64,000 bases of DNA from an uncultured Ignavibacteriales bacterium (GCA_963714795.1 CAVQPS010000009.1:710970-774969), one strand, 5' to 3'; shown: positions 1 through 10,327, counted from the stretch's first letter. The notes: generated from the sequence alone by a model not told the origin. Numbers and translations: made by a program.

Positions 1-736
1 ACCGTGGCTCCGATAATACCGATTGCGATGTACATCATTCCATATTGCCGGAAAGTTGGTGTAATGATGGCGTGACCCATTTCGAGAAAACTCGGTTGTA
101 ACTGCGGAAGGACAAATAATTCGATATAATAACAAATCCCCATTGTTGCAACGAGTAACAAAACCACTGCTTCAATGGTTCGCATACCGAAACGCTGGAG
201 GGCAAGTAAGAGCAGTACATCTCCCGCTGTGATAATGACCGCCCAAAGTAACGGTATGTGGAACATAAGGTTCAGCGCTACCGCACTTCCGAGAACTTCA
301 GCCAGATCGCATGCGCCGATTGCAATTTCGCTGAACAACCAGTTGGGCATTCGGGTCCACTTCGGATACCAGTCACGGAAACATTGAGCCAAATCCTTAC
401 CCGTGACGATCCCTAAACGGGCTGATATCACTTGAAGGAAGATTGCCATTAAACTTGCTAATGCTACGACCCAAAGGAGACCGTATTTGAATTGTGCACC
501 ACCTGCGAGATCAGTACCCCAATTGCCGGGGTCCATATAACCGACACTTACCAACACGGCGGGACCGACAAATGCCCGCCACTGACGCCAGAACCCGGCG
601 TCGTCAGGAGGAATCTTTACCGAACCGTGCATTCCTTCGAGCGATAAGCTTGGCGCGCCGGTAGAATTTGAACGGTTTCTATTGTCCTGAGTATCTGATT
701 CAGATTTAACGTCGCCGGAATTTTTTGACTTCACAT
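1..736 (-). CDS. mntH: Nramp/MntH-family divalent-metal (Mn2+/Fe2+) transporter, N-terminal ~245 codons; the rest lies beyond the window start
   Basis: My minus-strand translation from ATG 736-734 reads MKSKNSGD...FVGPAVLVSVGYMDPGNWGTDLAGGAQFKYGLLWV..., which carries the DPGN Nramp signature and several TM helices. The frame is open to position 1, so it has no stop and is absent from the ORF track. It starts 13 nt downstream of the regulator gene on the same strand. Confidence 0.9.
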
Positions 737-749
737 GAATACCGGATTT

Positions 750-1406
750 CTACTTGATGGTTTTAACAAAAATTGCTTCCGCGAGTTGTTTGCTGATGAA
801 CTGATCTTTTTTCCCGACCCTCACCTTCATTGAGCCGTCAAACAGTACTTTTTCTCTGATCAATACATTGGCTCCTAACGTTAATCCAAGTTTTGTTGCA
901 TGTTGGAGAATTGTCGGATTGTCGCTCACGCGTTTAATGACCGCATGATCACCGTTATCAAATTCAGCAAGCATGGAATACGTGTGCGTGTCCATTTCTC
1001 CCTTTGCAGAAGGGATCGGGTCACCGTGCGGGTCGACTTTAGGATAAGCTAACAATTTATCGAGACGGCGCTCGAGTTCATCCGAAGTCACATGTTCAAG
1101 ATGCTCGGCTTCTTCGTGTACCTCATCCCAGGAATAACCAAGAAATTGTACTAAAAACATTTCCCACAACCGGTGCCGCCGCATCATCTTCACGGCAAGT
1201 TTTTTCCCGGCTTCCGTTAACTCCACGCCGCGATAGGGAACATAACGCAATAATTTCCTCGCCGAGAGCCGTTTCACCATATCGGTAACGGACGCATCGG
1301 AAATGTTCAGATGTCGTGCCAGTTCGGAGGTTGATACCCCCTTGCCGTTTTTCCTGAGTTTATAAATTCCCTTGATATAATCTTCTGTGGATTGATTCTT
1401 TGCCAT
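750..1406 (-). CDS. DtxR/MntR-family metal-dependent transcriptional repressor with C-terminal FeoA/SH3-like domain (218 aa)
   Basis: ORF track entry. It has an N-terminal wHTH (STSELARHLNISDASVTDMVKRL), a metal-site region (RRHRLWEMFL..EEAEHLEHV) and an SH3-like tail. It lies directly upstream of mntH. Confidence 0.9.
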   Translation of the reverse strand: MAKNQSTEDYIKGIYKLRKNGKGVSTSELARHLNISDASVTDMVKRLSARKLLRYVPYRGVELTEAGKKLAVKMMRRHRLWEMFLVQFLGYSWDEVHEEAEHLEHVTSDELERRLDKLLAYPKVDPHGDPIPSAKGEMDTHTYSMLAEFDNGDHAVIKRVSDNPTILQHATKLGLTLGANVLIREKVLFDGSMKVRVGKKDQFISKQLAEAIFVKTIK

Positions 1407-1413
1407 GATAATA

Positions 1414-1435
1414 AAATTTAGGTCGACCTAAATTT
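1414..1435. promoter_or_regulatory. Perfect 22-bp palindrome AAATTTAGGTCGACCTAAATTT, candidate DtxR/MntR operator
   Basis: Hand-checked 11+11 bp inverted repeat centred on GTCGAC, 8 nt upstream of the regulator start codon. The TTAGGT..ACCTAA half-sites resemble DtxR/IdeR-type boxes. Confidence 0.55.
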
Positions 1436-1541
1436 AAGTTTAGATATGGACAAAGTCAAGATGTTTTTTTAAGCAGCTGAAAATGCAAATCCCGATTCTC
1501 GTACGGCGACAAGAATCGGGATTTGTATGGGAGAATGACCG

Positions 1542-2816
1542 TTATGCCGTTTTTGCTTCCTGTTTTCCTACCACAATATTGTATATCGCCATTAAAATCG
1601 TTGCAATGACACCGACCCCGAAGATGACAAACCAAACAGTTTCCGGCGTACTGGATTGTTTTGCATAATTGGCGTAGAGCCAGCCGCCGAATGGTCCTCC
1701 GATTATCCACGCGATTGCCACCGGCAGGAAAGCATAACCCTGGAACAGTCCTTGCTGCCCTTTCGGCGCGAGGTCGGAAATGTACTCATAATACCGCGGC
1801 GCCTGTGTCATTTCTCCGATGGAAAAGACTGCCAGGCCCGCAATGATTGTCCAGATGGTGGGATGCAGGCCGATAAACAGCCAGCACAAACTTGCCATGG
1901 CGAAGCCAACGATGATTGCCGTGCGCGGCGGTAGACGTTTTGTCAAGCGGTTGACAATCAATTGCAGAGCGATAATTGTCCATGCATCTGCAGATTCGAT
2001 GATTTCGAACGGTGCCGTTTTCGATATGAAATCGGTAACATAAAACGGTACGATTATGAAAACTCCTACCCAGAACATGATCCAGTAGAGAGAGAAAATC
2101 AACAGGAAAATCATAAACTTGAAATTGGCTAAAACGACGAACAGGTTTTTCAGTTTGGTGCCGATCGATTCCACAACATCACCCGCCGCGTCTTTGACTT
2201 CTTTATAAAAAAAGAAATTCACAAAGAGCATTGCTGCGCAACTGACGGCAGAAACAACATAGACGAATTCAATCCCGAATTTATCGCGCACGAAATACGC
2301 GATCACCGGCCCGACTGCTCCGCCGATATTGACCAGCCAATAATATATCGCGTAACCGAGCGATTTTGTTTCCGGCGTTGATGTCAGTGCGACAGTTCCC
2401 AGGACCGACGGCTTGACGAACGAGCCGCCGAATGCAGTAAAAACCAGCACGACAACCAGCACACTATACAAAGGCATGCCCGCATAAAATGAGTGAAACG
2501 CCGCCATGCCTGTCGAACCGATCAGAAAATATCCGATCGCCAGCACGAAGAAGGCAAATGTAAATGCTTTCTTGAAACCGAATTTGTCGACGATCGTTCC
2601 GGCAAATATCGGGAATAAATAAATCAAGCCGCCGAAGATCGATGAGAGCTGTCCTGTTTCAATTTCAGTGAAGTGTAAAGAATTACGAAGAAAAATGCTG
2701 AGGACAACCGCTTGCCCGTAATACGCAAGTCGCTCAAACAGTTCCATCGTATTTGCCACCCAAAAAGTTCTGTGAAAACCTTTTCGGACTTTTTCAAACT
2801 CTTCACTGATTGCCAT
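1542..2816 (-). CDS. POT/PTR2-family proton-dependent oligopeptide transporter (MFS)
   Basis: ORF 1542..2903. I place the start at internal ATG 2816 (MAISEEFEK..). It has the ExxERFxYYG-type motif MELFERLAYYGQ and many TM helices. Confidence 0.85.
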   Translation of the reverse strand: MAISEEFEKVRKGFHRTFWVANTMELFERLAYYGQAVVLSIFLRNSLHFTEIETGQLSSIFGGLIYLFPIFAGTIVDKFGFKKAFTFAFFVLAIGYFLIGSTGMAAFHSFYAGMPLYSVLVVVLVFTAFGGSFVKPSVLGTVALTSTPETKSLGYAIYYWLVNIGGAVGPVIAYFVRDKFGIEFVYVVSAVSCAAMLFVNFFFYKEVKDAAGDVVESIGTKLKNLFVVLANFKFMIFLLIFSLYWIMFWVGVFIIVPFYVTDFISKTAPFEIIESADAWTIIALQLIVNRLTKRLPPRTAIIVGFAMASLCWLFIGLHPTIWTIIAGLAVFSIGEMTQAPRYYEYISDLAPKGQQGLFQGYAFLPVAIAWIIGGPFGGWLYANYAKQSSTPETVWFVIFGVGVIATILMAIYNIVVGKQEAKTA

Positions 2817-3018
2817 GCAAGCTCCTTGAAGTTCGTGAGTTGATCGCTTTCTATTCGCAAAACATGAAAAAGTAACGAAATGCCCGGAGAGAAGCAAGGT
2901 CACGGGTCTATTCTTCTGAAATCAAAATGATTGTGCCTCATTCGATTTTTCAGTATCTTGACAGAAATTTCTTTGGAAAAGTACCTTTTTACCATCTTTT
3001 TGAAAAAGGAAACCGTGA

Positions 3019-4854
3019 ATGATGTCTCAGGGCAATATCAGGAATCAACGACTTCTCAAATGGGTTGAAGAGACAGTGCGGCTCTGTCAGCCAGATAACG
3101 TTCATTGGTGCGACGGGTCGGATGAAGAATACCGTACACTGTGCAACCAGCTTGTCGCATCGGGAACGTTCATAAAACTGAACGAACAAAAACGACCGAA
3201 CAGTTTTCTTTCGCGTTCCGATCCCGGAGATGTAGCGCGTGTTGAAGACCGCACGTTTATTTGCAGTACGCGGAAAGAAGATGCCGGTCCGACCAATAAC
3301 TGGGTCAACCCGCATGAGATGAAAGTTTCCTTATTGAAACTTTTCGATGGATCAATGCGCGGACGGACAATGTACGTCATTCCGTTCAGTATGGGCCCGA
3401 TCGGTTCACCCATCGCGCATATCGGCGTTCAACTGACGGATTCGCCGTACGTTGTCGTCAGCATGAAAATCATGACGCGCATGGGAAAAAAAATTCTTGA
3501 TGTTCTTGGAGAAGGAGAATTTGTTCCATGCCTTCACTCCGTCGGGATGCCGTTACAGCCGGGACAAAAAGATGTTCCCTGGCCCTGCAATAAAGACCAA
3601 AAATACATTGTTCATTTTCCGGAAGAACGCGCCATCTGGTCTTTCGGCAGCGGCTATGGCGGCAACGCTCTGCTCGGGAAAAAATGCTTCGCTCTTCGTA
3701 TTGCTTCGACGATGGCGCGTGATGAAGGATGGCTTGCAGAACACATGTTGATTCTTGGCGTTGAATCGCCTGAAGGTGAGAAAACATATGTTGCCGCCGC
3801 ATTTCCCAGCGCTTGTGGCAAAACCAATTTTGCAATGCTCATTCCTCCGAAAGCATTTACAGGATGGAAAATCACGACGGTCGGCGACGATATTGCCTGG
3901 CTCAAACCGGGATCCGATGGTCGGCTGCACGCAATCAATCCTGAAGCCGGATACTTCGGCGTCGCTCCGGGAACATCCGCGAAAACAAACCCGAACGCGA
4001 TGGAGTGCATCAAGAAAAATACGATCTTCACGAATGTTGCTCTGACTCCCGACGGTGATGTCTGGTGGGAAGGGATGACCGATACTTTACCGGAAAAACT
4101 TATCGACTGGGAAGGAAATGATTGGACGCCGTCGTCCGGAAGGTTTGCGGCACATCCCAACTCGCGGTTCACCGCGCCGGCAAGCCAGAATCCGATTATC
4201 GATCCGGCATGGGAAAACCCGCGGGGTGTCCCGATCAGTGCGCTGATTTTCGGCGGACGGCGCAGCAATGTGGTGCCGCTCATCTATCAAGCCGATAACT
4301 GGAACTTTGGCGTCTACATGGCTGCGACGATGGGCTCCGAAACAACCGCTGCCGCCGCCGGCGAAGTCGGCAAGGTTCGCCGTGACCCGATGGCGATGCT
4401 GCCGTTCTGCGGTTATCATATGGCGGATTATTTCAATCACTGGCTGCAGTTCGGACGCAATCTCCCGAATCCGCCGCGTATTTTTGCCGTTAACTGGTTC
4501 CGGAAAGATGAAAATGGAAAATTTCTCTGGCCCGGTTACGGTGAGAACATGCGCGTGCTGAAATGGATCGTCGATCGTACACATGGACGCGGATACGGTG
4601 TTGAACGACCATTAGGGTGGGTGCCGCGATATGAAGATTTTTTATGGGAAGGACTGGAAGAATTTACGGTTGAAAAATTCAATAAAGCCATGTCAATAAA
4701 AAATGAAGAATGGAAGAATGAAATTCTTTCCCATCAGGAATTGTTTTCAAAGTTGTACGATAAGCTTCCGAAAGAATTCATTTTTATGCGCGAACTTCTT
4801 CTTTCCAGTATCTGGCGTTCACCGGAACATTGGGAACTCGCGCAGGAGCGATAA
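3019..4854 (+). CDS. pckG: Phosphoenolpyruvate carboxykinase (GTP)
   Basis: 611 aa. It has the kinase-1a block [14 protein letters not shown] and the GTP-PEPCK blocks [12 protein letters not shown] and [24 protein letters not shown]. Confidence 0.95.
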   Translation: MMSQGNIRNQRLLKWVEETVRLCQPDNVHWCDGSDEEYRTLCNQLVASGTFIKLNEQKRPNSFLSRSDPGDVARVEDRTFICSTRKEDAGPTNNWVNPHEMKVSLLKLFDGSMRGRTMYVIPFSMGPIGSPIAHIGVQLTDSPYVVVSMKIMTRMGKKILDVLGEGEFVPCLHSVGMPLQPGQKDVPWPCNKDQKYIVHFPEERAIWSFGSGYGGNALLGKKCFALRIASTMARDEGWLAEHMLILGVESPEGEKTYVAAAFPSACGKTNFAMLIPPKAFTGWKITTVGDDIAWLKPGSDGRLHAINPEAGYFGVAPGTSAKTNPNAMECIKKNTIFTNVALTPDGDVWWEGMTDTLPEKLIDWEGNDWTPSSGRFAAHPNSRFTAPASQNPIIDPAWENPRGVPISALIFGGRRSNVVPLIYQADNWNFGVYMAATMGSETTAAAAGEVGKVRRDPMAMLPFCGYHMADYFNHWLQFGRNLPNPPRIFAVNWFRKDENGKFLWPGYGENMRVLKWIVDRTHGRGYGVERPLGWVPRYEDFLWEGLEEFTVEKFNKAMSIKNEEWKNEILSHQELFSKLYDKLPKEFIFMRELLLSSIWRSPEHWELAQER

Positions 4855-4857
4855 TCG

Positions 4858-5898
4858 ATGAAAGCCATCAGACTTCATTCATTCGGCGGACCGGAAGTGC
4901 TTCAGTATGAAGATGCGCCGGAACCCGTAATCGGACCGGATGAAGTTCTTCTTCAGCTCAAAGCTGCCGCATTAAACCATCTCGATATTTGGGTGCGAAG
5001 CGGTGCGCGGGAACGCAGCATTCCGCTTCCGCATATTCCCGGTTCCGATGGCGCAGGAATTGTTGCCGAAGTAGGAAGTGCCGTGAAAAAGTACAAACCC
5101 GGTGACCGTGTTCTGATTTCGCCGGGATTGTCGTGCGGGAAGTGCAAACAATGCCTCGAAGGTCGTGACAATCTTTGCCGCGACTACCGCGTGCTGGGCG
5201 TTCGGGAGGATGGAACGTATGCCGAATGTGTGAAATTGCCGGTGGCAAACATTCTGCCGATTCCCGAAGGGCTGGAGTTTACCGAGGCGGCGGCAATTCC
5301 GCTTGTGTTTCTGACCGCATGGCACATGCTCGTGACGCTTGCGAAGATTCAGCAAGGGGAAACGGTACTTGTTCACGGAGCGGGAAGCGGAGTCGGTTCT
5401 GCGGCAATTCAGATTGCGAAAATGATCGGCACTCGTGTGATCACAACGGCAGGTTCGAATGAAAAACTTGCCAGGGGAAAATCGTTGGGAGCCGATGAAC
5501 TTATCAATTATCGCGAAAAAGATTTTGTGGAAGAAATAAAACGTTTGACGGACAAACGCGGCGTGGATGTTGTGTTCGAACATATCGGCGGAGAAGTTTT
5601 TGAAAAAAGCATTACCATTATGGCAAAAGGGGGCCGACTCGTAACATGCGGTGCAACGACACAATATTCCGCAAACCTCGATATCCGCTATGTCTACTCA
5701 CGGCATCTCACATTGTACGGCTCCTGGATGGGCGGAAAACCGGAACTTGTGGAAGTGTTAAAATTTTTTGAAGGCGGCGCCGCAAAACGAAAACTGCATC
5801 CTGTTGTTGACAGCGTTTTCCCGCTGTCTCAAGCTGCCGATGCGCATCGACGAGTGGAAGAGCGGAAAAATTTTGGGAAGGTTGTGCTTTCTATTTAA
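4858..5898 (+). CDS. Zinc-type alcohol dehydrogenase / MDR-family NAD(P)-dependent oxidoreductase
   Basis: 346 aa. It has GSDGAGIVAEVG, the structural-Zn Cys cluster CGKCKQCLEGRDNLC and the Rossmann block GAGSGVGSAAIQ. It starts 4 nt after the pckG stop. Confidence 0.85.
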   Translation: MKAIRLHSFGGPEVLQYEDAPEPVIGPDEVLLQLKAAALNHLDIWVRSGARERSIPLPHIPGSDGAGIVAEVGSAVKKYKPGDRVLISPGLSCGKCKQCLEGRDNLCRDYRVLGVREDGTYAECVKLPVANILPIPEGLEFTEAAAIPLVFLTAWHMLVTLAKIQQGETVLVHGAGSGVGSAAIQIAKMIGTRVITTAGSNEKLARGKSLGADELINYREKDFVEEIKRLTDKRGVDVVFEHIGGEVFEKSITIMAKGGRLVTCGATTQYSANLDIRYVYSRHLTLYGSWMGGKPELVEVLKFFEGGAAKRKLHPVVDSVFPLSQAADAHRRVEERKNFGKVVLSI

Positions 5899-6855
5899 AT
5901 GATTACTTTCTCCGACATCGAACGTGCTTACAGAGTTCTTCAGCCAGTCGTTCACAAAACGCCGCTGCTGTCATCGCGGACGTTCAATGAGACGACCGGG
6001 AACAAAGTTTACTTCAAAGCGGAAAATTTTCAGCGTATCGGCGCGTTTAAATTCCGCGGAGCGTACAACAAGATTGCCTCACTCTCCGAACAGGAACGAA
6101 AACGCGGCGTCATCGCGCATTCGTCCGGGAACCATGCGCAAGGCGTTGCGCTCGCCAGCAAACTCTTCGGCATCAAAGCGGTCGTGGTGATGCCGCACAA
6201 TTCCGTCATTTCGAAAGTGGACGCGACGAAAGGTTACGGAGCGGAAGTCGTTTTCTGTGAAGACTCAACCGACGACCGCGAACGATTAACTGATCAGCTT
6301 ATCCGACAGCACGGATATACACTCATTCATCCGTACCAGGATGAAACGCTGATTGCCGGTCAGGGAACTGTTGCTCTTGAAATCGGACAGGAACTCAAAT
6401 CCCTCGAGTATCTTTTCGTTCCGATCGGCGGCGGGGGACTGATTTCCGGCTGTGCCGTTGCTGCAAAACATTTTTTCCCGAAGATCAAAGTTATCGGTGT
6501 GGAAACGGAACCGGCAAACGATTGTTACCAATCGTTCCGGGCAAAACGGATCATCAAAATTCCATCGGCAAAAACAATTGCCGACGGTATGCGAACACTT
6601 TCTGTGGGGACGATAAATTTCGATATCATCATGAAATATGTCGACGATGTCATCACCATAACCGATGATGATATTTATCCGATGATGAAATTCTTCTTTG
6701 AGCGCATGAAGATTGTTGCGGAACCGACCGGTGCCGTCGCTCCGGCTGCCGTCATGAAGAATGGCCTGAATCTTTCCGGTAAAAAAATCTGTGCGATCAT
6801 CAGCGGGGGAAATGTGGATGCCAACCTTTTTCGTCAAATTCTTGAAAAATCATAG
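5899..6855 (+). CDS. PLP-dependent threonine/serine dehydratase (threonine ammonia-lyase / serine racemase family)
   Basis: 318 aa. It has the PLP-Lys block FQRIGAFKFRGAYNK, SSGNHAQGVA and GGGGLISG. It abuts the previous stop codon. Confidence 0.85.
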   Translation: MITFSDIERAYRVLQPVVHKTPLLSSRTFNETTGNKVYFKAENFQRIGAFKFRGAYNKIASLSEQERKRGVIAHSSGNHAQGVALASKLFGIKAVVVMPHNSVISKVDATKGYGAEVVFCEDSTDDRERLTDQLIRQHGYTLIHPYQDETLIAGQGTVALEIGQELKSLEYLFVPIGGGGLISGCAVAAKHFFPKIKVIGVETEPANDCYQSFRAKRIIKIPSAKTIADGMRTLSVGTINFDIIMKYVDDVITITDDDIYPMMKFFFERMKIVAEPTGAVAPAAVMKNGLNLSGKKICAIISGGNVDANLFRQILEKS

Positions 6856-6956
6856 CGCATTTTTTTTAGTAAGCAGCTATTGCTTCGACAAAGAAAATTT
6901 ATTATTTTTCTTCATCAGTAAATCACTGTTCTTTTCATCAAAATCAGGAGGAAGTT

Positions 6957-7256
6957 ATGTATCTGGTACGGGATATCATGTACTGCAAACCGGGGCATGT
7001 GCGGTCGATGGTTGAGAAATTTACTGCGCTTGCAAAACTCTCAAAAAAAATGGGAGTCGAATCGATGCGTGTCATGACCGATGTTTCAGCGGAGCAATAC
7101 TGGACGGTCGTTGCCGAAATGGAAGTGAAAAGTCTCGAGGAATATACCGAGATGTCGCGTTCGTCGATGAACGACAAAAAATTCCAGAAGATCATGAAGG
7201 GATACCACGACCTGATACAATCCGGTCGGCGTGAAATTTATAAGCTCGAAAAATAA
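6957..7256 (+). CDS. Hypothetical small protein (99 aa)
   Basis: Intact ORF with AGGAGG 5 nt upstream of the ATG. I recognise no family. Confidence 0.55.
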   Translation: MYLVRDIMYCKPGHVRSMVEKFTALAKLSKKMGVESMRVMTDVSAEQYWTVVAEMEVKSLEEYTEMSRSSMNDKKFQKIMKGYHDLIQSGRREIYKLEK

Positions 7257-7268
7257 TTGGTTTGCAAT

Positions 7269-7311
7269 CCTTGCGAAGGTGGTTCCGCCGAAAGCGTAAA
7301 CCTTCGCAAGG
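7269..7311. repeat. REP-like hairpin, copy 1: CCTTGCGAAGGT - 19 nt - ACCTTCGCAAGG
   Basis: Hand-checked 12-bp arms lying between convergent genes. The same arm sequence recurs at 10108-10161 and 36711-36739. Confidence 0.8.
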
Positions 7312-7315
7312 TTGT

Positions 7316-8515
7316 TTATATCTTCCGTAATGCCTGCCGGAAATCTTCAATCAAATCTTCAATACCTTCAACACCGACCGAGATCCGGATCATTCCCGGC
7401 GTAACACCATGTCTCTTGAGTTCTTCATCCGTCATGTTGATGTGCGACGAATAGACCGGAATGCTCACCAGCGTTTCCACACCGCCGAGCGACATGGCAT
7501 TGATGGCAACTTTCAGTGAATCACAAACTTTGACTGCCGCTTTCACTCCGCCTTTTACTTCAATCGTTACCATACCGCCGAAACCGGACATTTGTTTCTT
7601 CGCTAGCTTGTAATTCGGATGTGAGGGAAGTCCGGGATAAAGAACGCGTTGAACCTTTGGGTGGCGTTGGAGTGCGCGTGCGAGAGCAAATGCGTTTTCC
7701 GATTGTCGTTCGACGCGAAGCTCGAATGTCTTCAAACTCCGGTCGAGCAGGAACGACATGAACGGATCGGGCGTTGCACCGAATTGTTTCGCGATGCTTT
7801 TTATTTTTTTAATGATGGATGTCGATCCGACCAACACGCCGGCAAGAATATCCGCATGACCGCCTAAATATTTCGTTGCACTTTCCATAATCAGATCGAT
7901 GCCGTACTCGAACGGCTTCTGGTGGATACATGTTGCAAACGTATTATCGATCATGATCGTAATCTTCGTCCGGTATTCTTTTTCCATCTTCCGTGTGAGG
8001 CGGACTAATTTTTCCATATCGACGATTTGCAGTGTCGGATTCGTCGGCGTTTCAAAATAAACGATCTTCGTTTTCGGGGTAATAAGATAGAGAAGATCAT
8101 CGGGCGCAGAGGGATCGAGATATTTTACGCCGATGCCGTAATTGGAAATCGTATCGCGGAAAAACCGATATGTGCCGCCATACAATGCCGGCGTGCTCAC
8201 AATTTCATCGCCCTGTTTGCATAAGGCAAGCGCTGCCGTTGAAATTGCCGCCATGCCCGATGCAAAAAGGATGCATGCCTCGCCGTTTTCCATCAGCGCG
8301 ATCCGGTCTTCCACTTCGTTTGTTGTGGGATTGTGGTAGCGAGTGTAGACCAGCACTTTCGGATCGCCCTTCGCATACCGGATGGCGTCATTCGAATTTT
8401 CAAAACGGTACGTGCTTGTCTGATAGATCGGCATCGTTACCGGTCCTTTGAATGCATGAAGATGTGTGCCGTGGATTGCGCGCGTTGCAAGCGAAAGTGT
8501 TTTGGTCTTTTTCAT
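7316..8515 (-). CDS. Cys/Met-metabolism PLP-dependent enzyme (methionine gamma-lyase / cystathionine gamma-synthase or beta-lyase family)
   Basis: The ORF track gives 7316..8779, but its first 88 codons overlap the SDR gene. I moved the start to ATG 8515 (MKKTKTLSLATRAIHG..). It has the PLP-Lys block SATKYLGGHADILAGV and YTRYHNPT. Confidence 0.9.
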   Translation of the reverse strand: MKKTKTLSLATRAIHGTHLHAFKGPVTMPIYQTSTYRFENSNDAIRYAKGDPKVLVYTRYHNPTTNEVEDRIALMENGEACILFASGMAAISTAALALCKQGDEIVSTPALYGGTYRFFRDTISNYGIGVKYLDPSAPDDLLYLITPKTKIVYFETPTNPTLQIVDMEKLVRLTRKMEKEYRTKITIMIDNTFATCIHQKPFEYGIDLIMESATKYLGGHADILAGVLVGSTSIIKKIKSIAKQFGATPDPFMSFLLDRSLKTFELRVERQSENAFALARALQRHPKVQRVLYPGLPSHPNYKLAKKQMSGFGGMVTIEVKGGVKAAVKVCDSLKVAINAMSLGGVETLVSIPVYSSHINMTDEELKRHGVTPGMIRISVGVEGIEDLIEDFRQALRKI

Positions 8516-8546
8516 ACCATCCTCTGTTATAAATTTTTGAATTATT

Positions 8547-9314
8547 CTATCGTGCACAGGTTTGTGCCCTGCCGCCGTCGATGCTGAAACTTCCGCCCGT
8601 AATCCATCCGGCACGATCCGATGCGAGAAATAAAATGAGTTCCGCGACATCTTCCGGTTTTCCCACGCGGCCGATGGGGTGTGTCGATTTGCTGTGTTCG
8701 AGAAATTTCGCGTACGCGTCTTCCTGCATCCCGCTGGTGCGGTGAAGATTCGTGACGACAACACCGGGATCGACGGCATTGATGCGGACGCCTTTCGGTC
8801 CCAACTCCAATGCCGCGCAATGTGTCAGTTGATCGACTCCCGCTTTGCTCACACAATATGCAAGCACATTCGGAAACGAGCGGATGCCGGTAACGCTGGA
8901 AAGGTTGACGATATTTCCTTTTCGTTCGATGATGGACGGCAACGCAAGCTGTGTCAGGCGGAAGATCGAGCGGAGATTCACATCCATCATCGTATCCCAT
9001 TGTTCGAGAGTCGTGTTCTCGATGGTGCCGTTGCCGATAATGCCGGCGGCGTTCACAAGCACATCGATTCCGCCGAAGCGTTTGAGAGTTTGCGAAATGA
9101 TCCGCTGCCGGTCCTGCTCGTTGGTAACATCGGCTGCGATAATTTCGACATGAGATGGATTGAGATTCGATGTGATAGATGTAAGCTCTTGCCGGCGTCG
9201 GGCAACAAATGCGACTTTTGCCCCGCGTTCGATTGCCGTGAGTGCCGTTGCTTTCCCGATGCCGCTCGATGCACCGGTGACGATACATATTTTATTCTGA
9301 AATTCGTTTGTCAT
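8547..9314 (-). CDS. Short-chain dehydrogenase/reductase (FabG-like)
   Basis: 255 aa. It has TGASSGIGKA, NAAG and a YxxxK block (YCVSKAG). Confidence 0.9.
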   Translation of the reverse strand: MTNEFQNKICIVTGASSGIGKATALTAIERGAKVAFVARRRQELTSITSNLNPSHVEIIAADVTNEQDRQRIISQTLKRFGGIDVLVNAAGIIGNGTIENTTLEQWDTMMDVNLRSIFRLTQLALPSIIERKGNIVNLSSVTGIRSFPNVLAYCVSKAGVDQLTHCAALELGPKGVRINAVDPGVVVTNLHRTSGMQEDAYAKFLEHSKSTHPIGRVGKPEDVAELILFLASDRAGWITGGSFSIDGGRAQTCAR

Positions 9315-9325
9315 TTTCTTATTTT

Positions 9326-10078
9326 TTATTTTTGAATTTTTACTTTTGAATTGATTATCTCTTTTGCCCTTTGAAACACTGCATCAAACATCGGCTGCGT
9401 CAGTTTGCCGGTGAACGTATTTTGCTGGCTCGGATGAAACGAAGCAATCAGCGTTTGGCGATCGTTTAATGTACATTCCATGCCGTGACCGAATTTCGGG
9501 CGTTTTGTCAGCGAAGTCATTTCCGTTTCGCGCATGGCATCGAATACGACATCGCAGGCAACTTTGCCAAGTCCGACGATGACACGCACGTTTTTTAATA
9601 ACCGGAGTTCGGTCAATAAAAACGGCCGGCAGTTTTGTAATTCCTTCGGCAGAAGCTTGTTCTGCGGCGGCGCACAGCGTGCAGCGGCAGTGATATAACA
9701 ATCGATCAGTTGTAAACCGTCGTTGCGGGAAACAGATTCCGGCTTATTCGCAAAACCGAATTTGTGCAATGTGCGGTAGAGCCATTCGCCGCTCCGGTCG
9801 CCGGTGAACATTCTGCCGGTTCGGTTTGCTCCGTGTGCCGCCGGCGCAAGCCCGACGATCAGCAGCCGCGCATCCGGATCGCCGAACGGGGGAACCGGTT
9901 TTCCCCAATAGTGTTCATCCCTAAACCGTGCGACTTTTTCCCGCGCAACGGCTTCACGCCACCGGACCAGCCGCGGACAACGGGAACAGGAAGTAATTGT
10001 CCGTTCAAGATTCCGGAATTCTTTCGACGCCGTGTTCGCTTTCATCGTATAGACAAAAGGTAAGGAATAAAGAGGCAT
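9326..10078 (-). CDS. Uracil-DNA glycosylase, family 4/5 (family-5-like)
   Basis: It has CSRCPRL Fe-S cysteines, GLAPAAHGANRTGRMFTGDRSG and HPSQQN. The true start may be ATG 10045 (MKANTASK). Confidence 0.85.
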   Translation of the reverse strand: MPLYSLPFVYTMKANTASKEFRNLERTITSCSRCPRLVRWREAVAREKVARFRDEHYWGKPVPPFGDPDARLLIVGLAPAAHGANRTGRMFTGDRSGEWLYRTLHKFGFANKPESVSRNDGLQLIDCYITAAARCAPPQNKLLPKELQNCRPFLLTELRLLKNVRVIVGLGKVACDVVFDAMRETEMTSLTKRPKFGHGMECTLNDRQTLIASFHPSQQNTFTGKLTQPMFDAVFQRAKEIINSKVKIQK

Positions 10079-10107
10079 TATTCAAACACAATGTGCAACT
10101 CAGGACG

Positions 10108-10161
10108 AACCTTGCGAAGGTTTCCCGCCTTCGGCTGGACAAGCTTCACCTTCGCAAGGTT
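10108..10161. repeat. REP-like hairpin, copy 2: AACCTTGCGAAGGT - 26 nt - ACCTTCGCAAGGTT
   Basis: Hand-checked 14-bp arms in the divergent intergenic region between the UDG gene and 10328. Confidence 0.8.
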
Positions 10162-10265
10162 GCCACGTTCATCCTTGATTTGTTCTGAAAATAATGGTAT
10201 ACTCGAAGAAAAGTTGGAGGACTGGCTTACACGATGAATCAAACATATCAATCAAAGAAAATAAT

Positions 10266-10281
10266 TACGCAATATTGCGTA
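10266..10281. promoter_or_regulatory. Perfect 16-bp palindrome TACGCAATATTGCGTA upstream of 10328
   Basis: Seen by eye 47 nt upstream of the ATG at 10328. Its function is unknown. Confidence 0.3.
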
Positions 10282-10327
10282 GTTACAAAGTTATACGCTA
10301 TTTGCGGCTGGAGACGGGAAAACAACT

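Noticed and set aside
8516-8779. The 88-codon N-terminal extension of the Cys/Met PLP enzyme ORF.
   Set aside because: It overlaps the 3' end of the SDR gene and has no homology-like features. The canonical N-terminus MKKTKTLSLATRAIHG starts at ATG 8515.
8542-9335. Alternative-frame ORFs 8542..9288 (-) and 8679..9335 (+) overlapping the SDR gene.
   Set aside because: The SDR frame carries the TGASSGIGKA and YxxxK motifs. The alternatives are Arg/Cys-rich nonsense.
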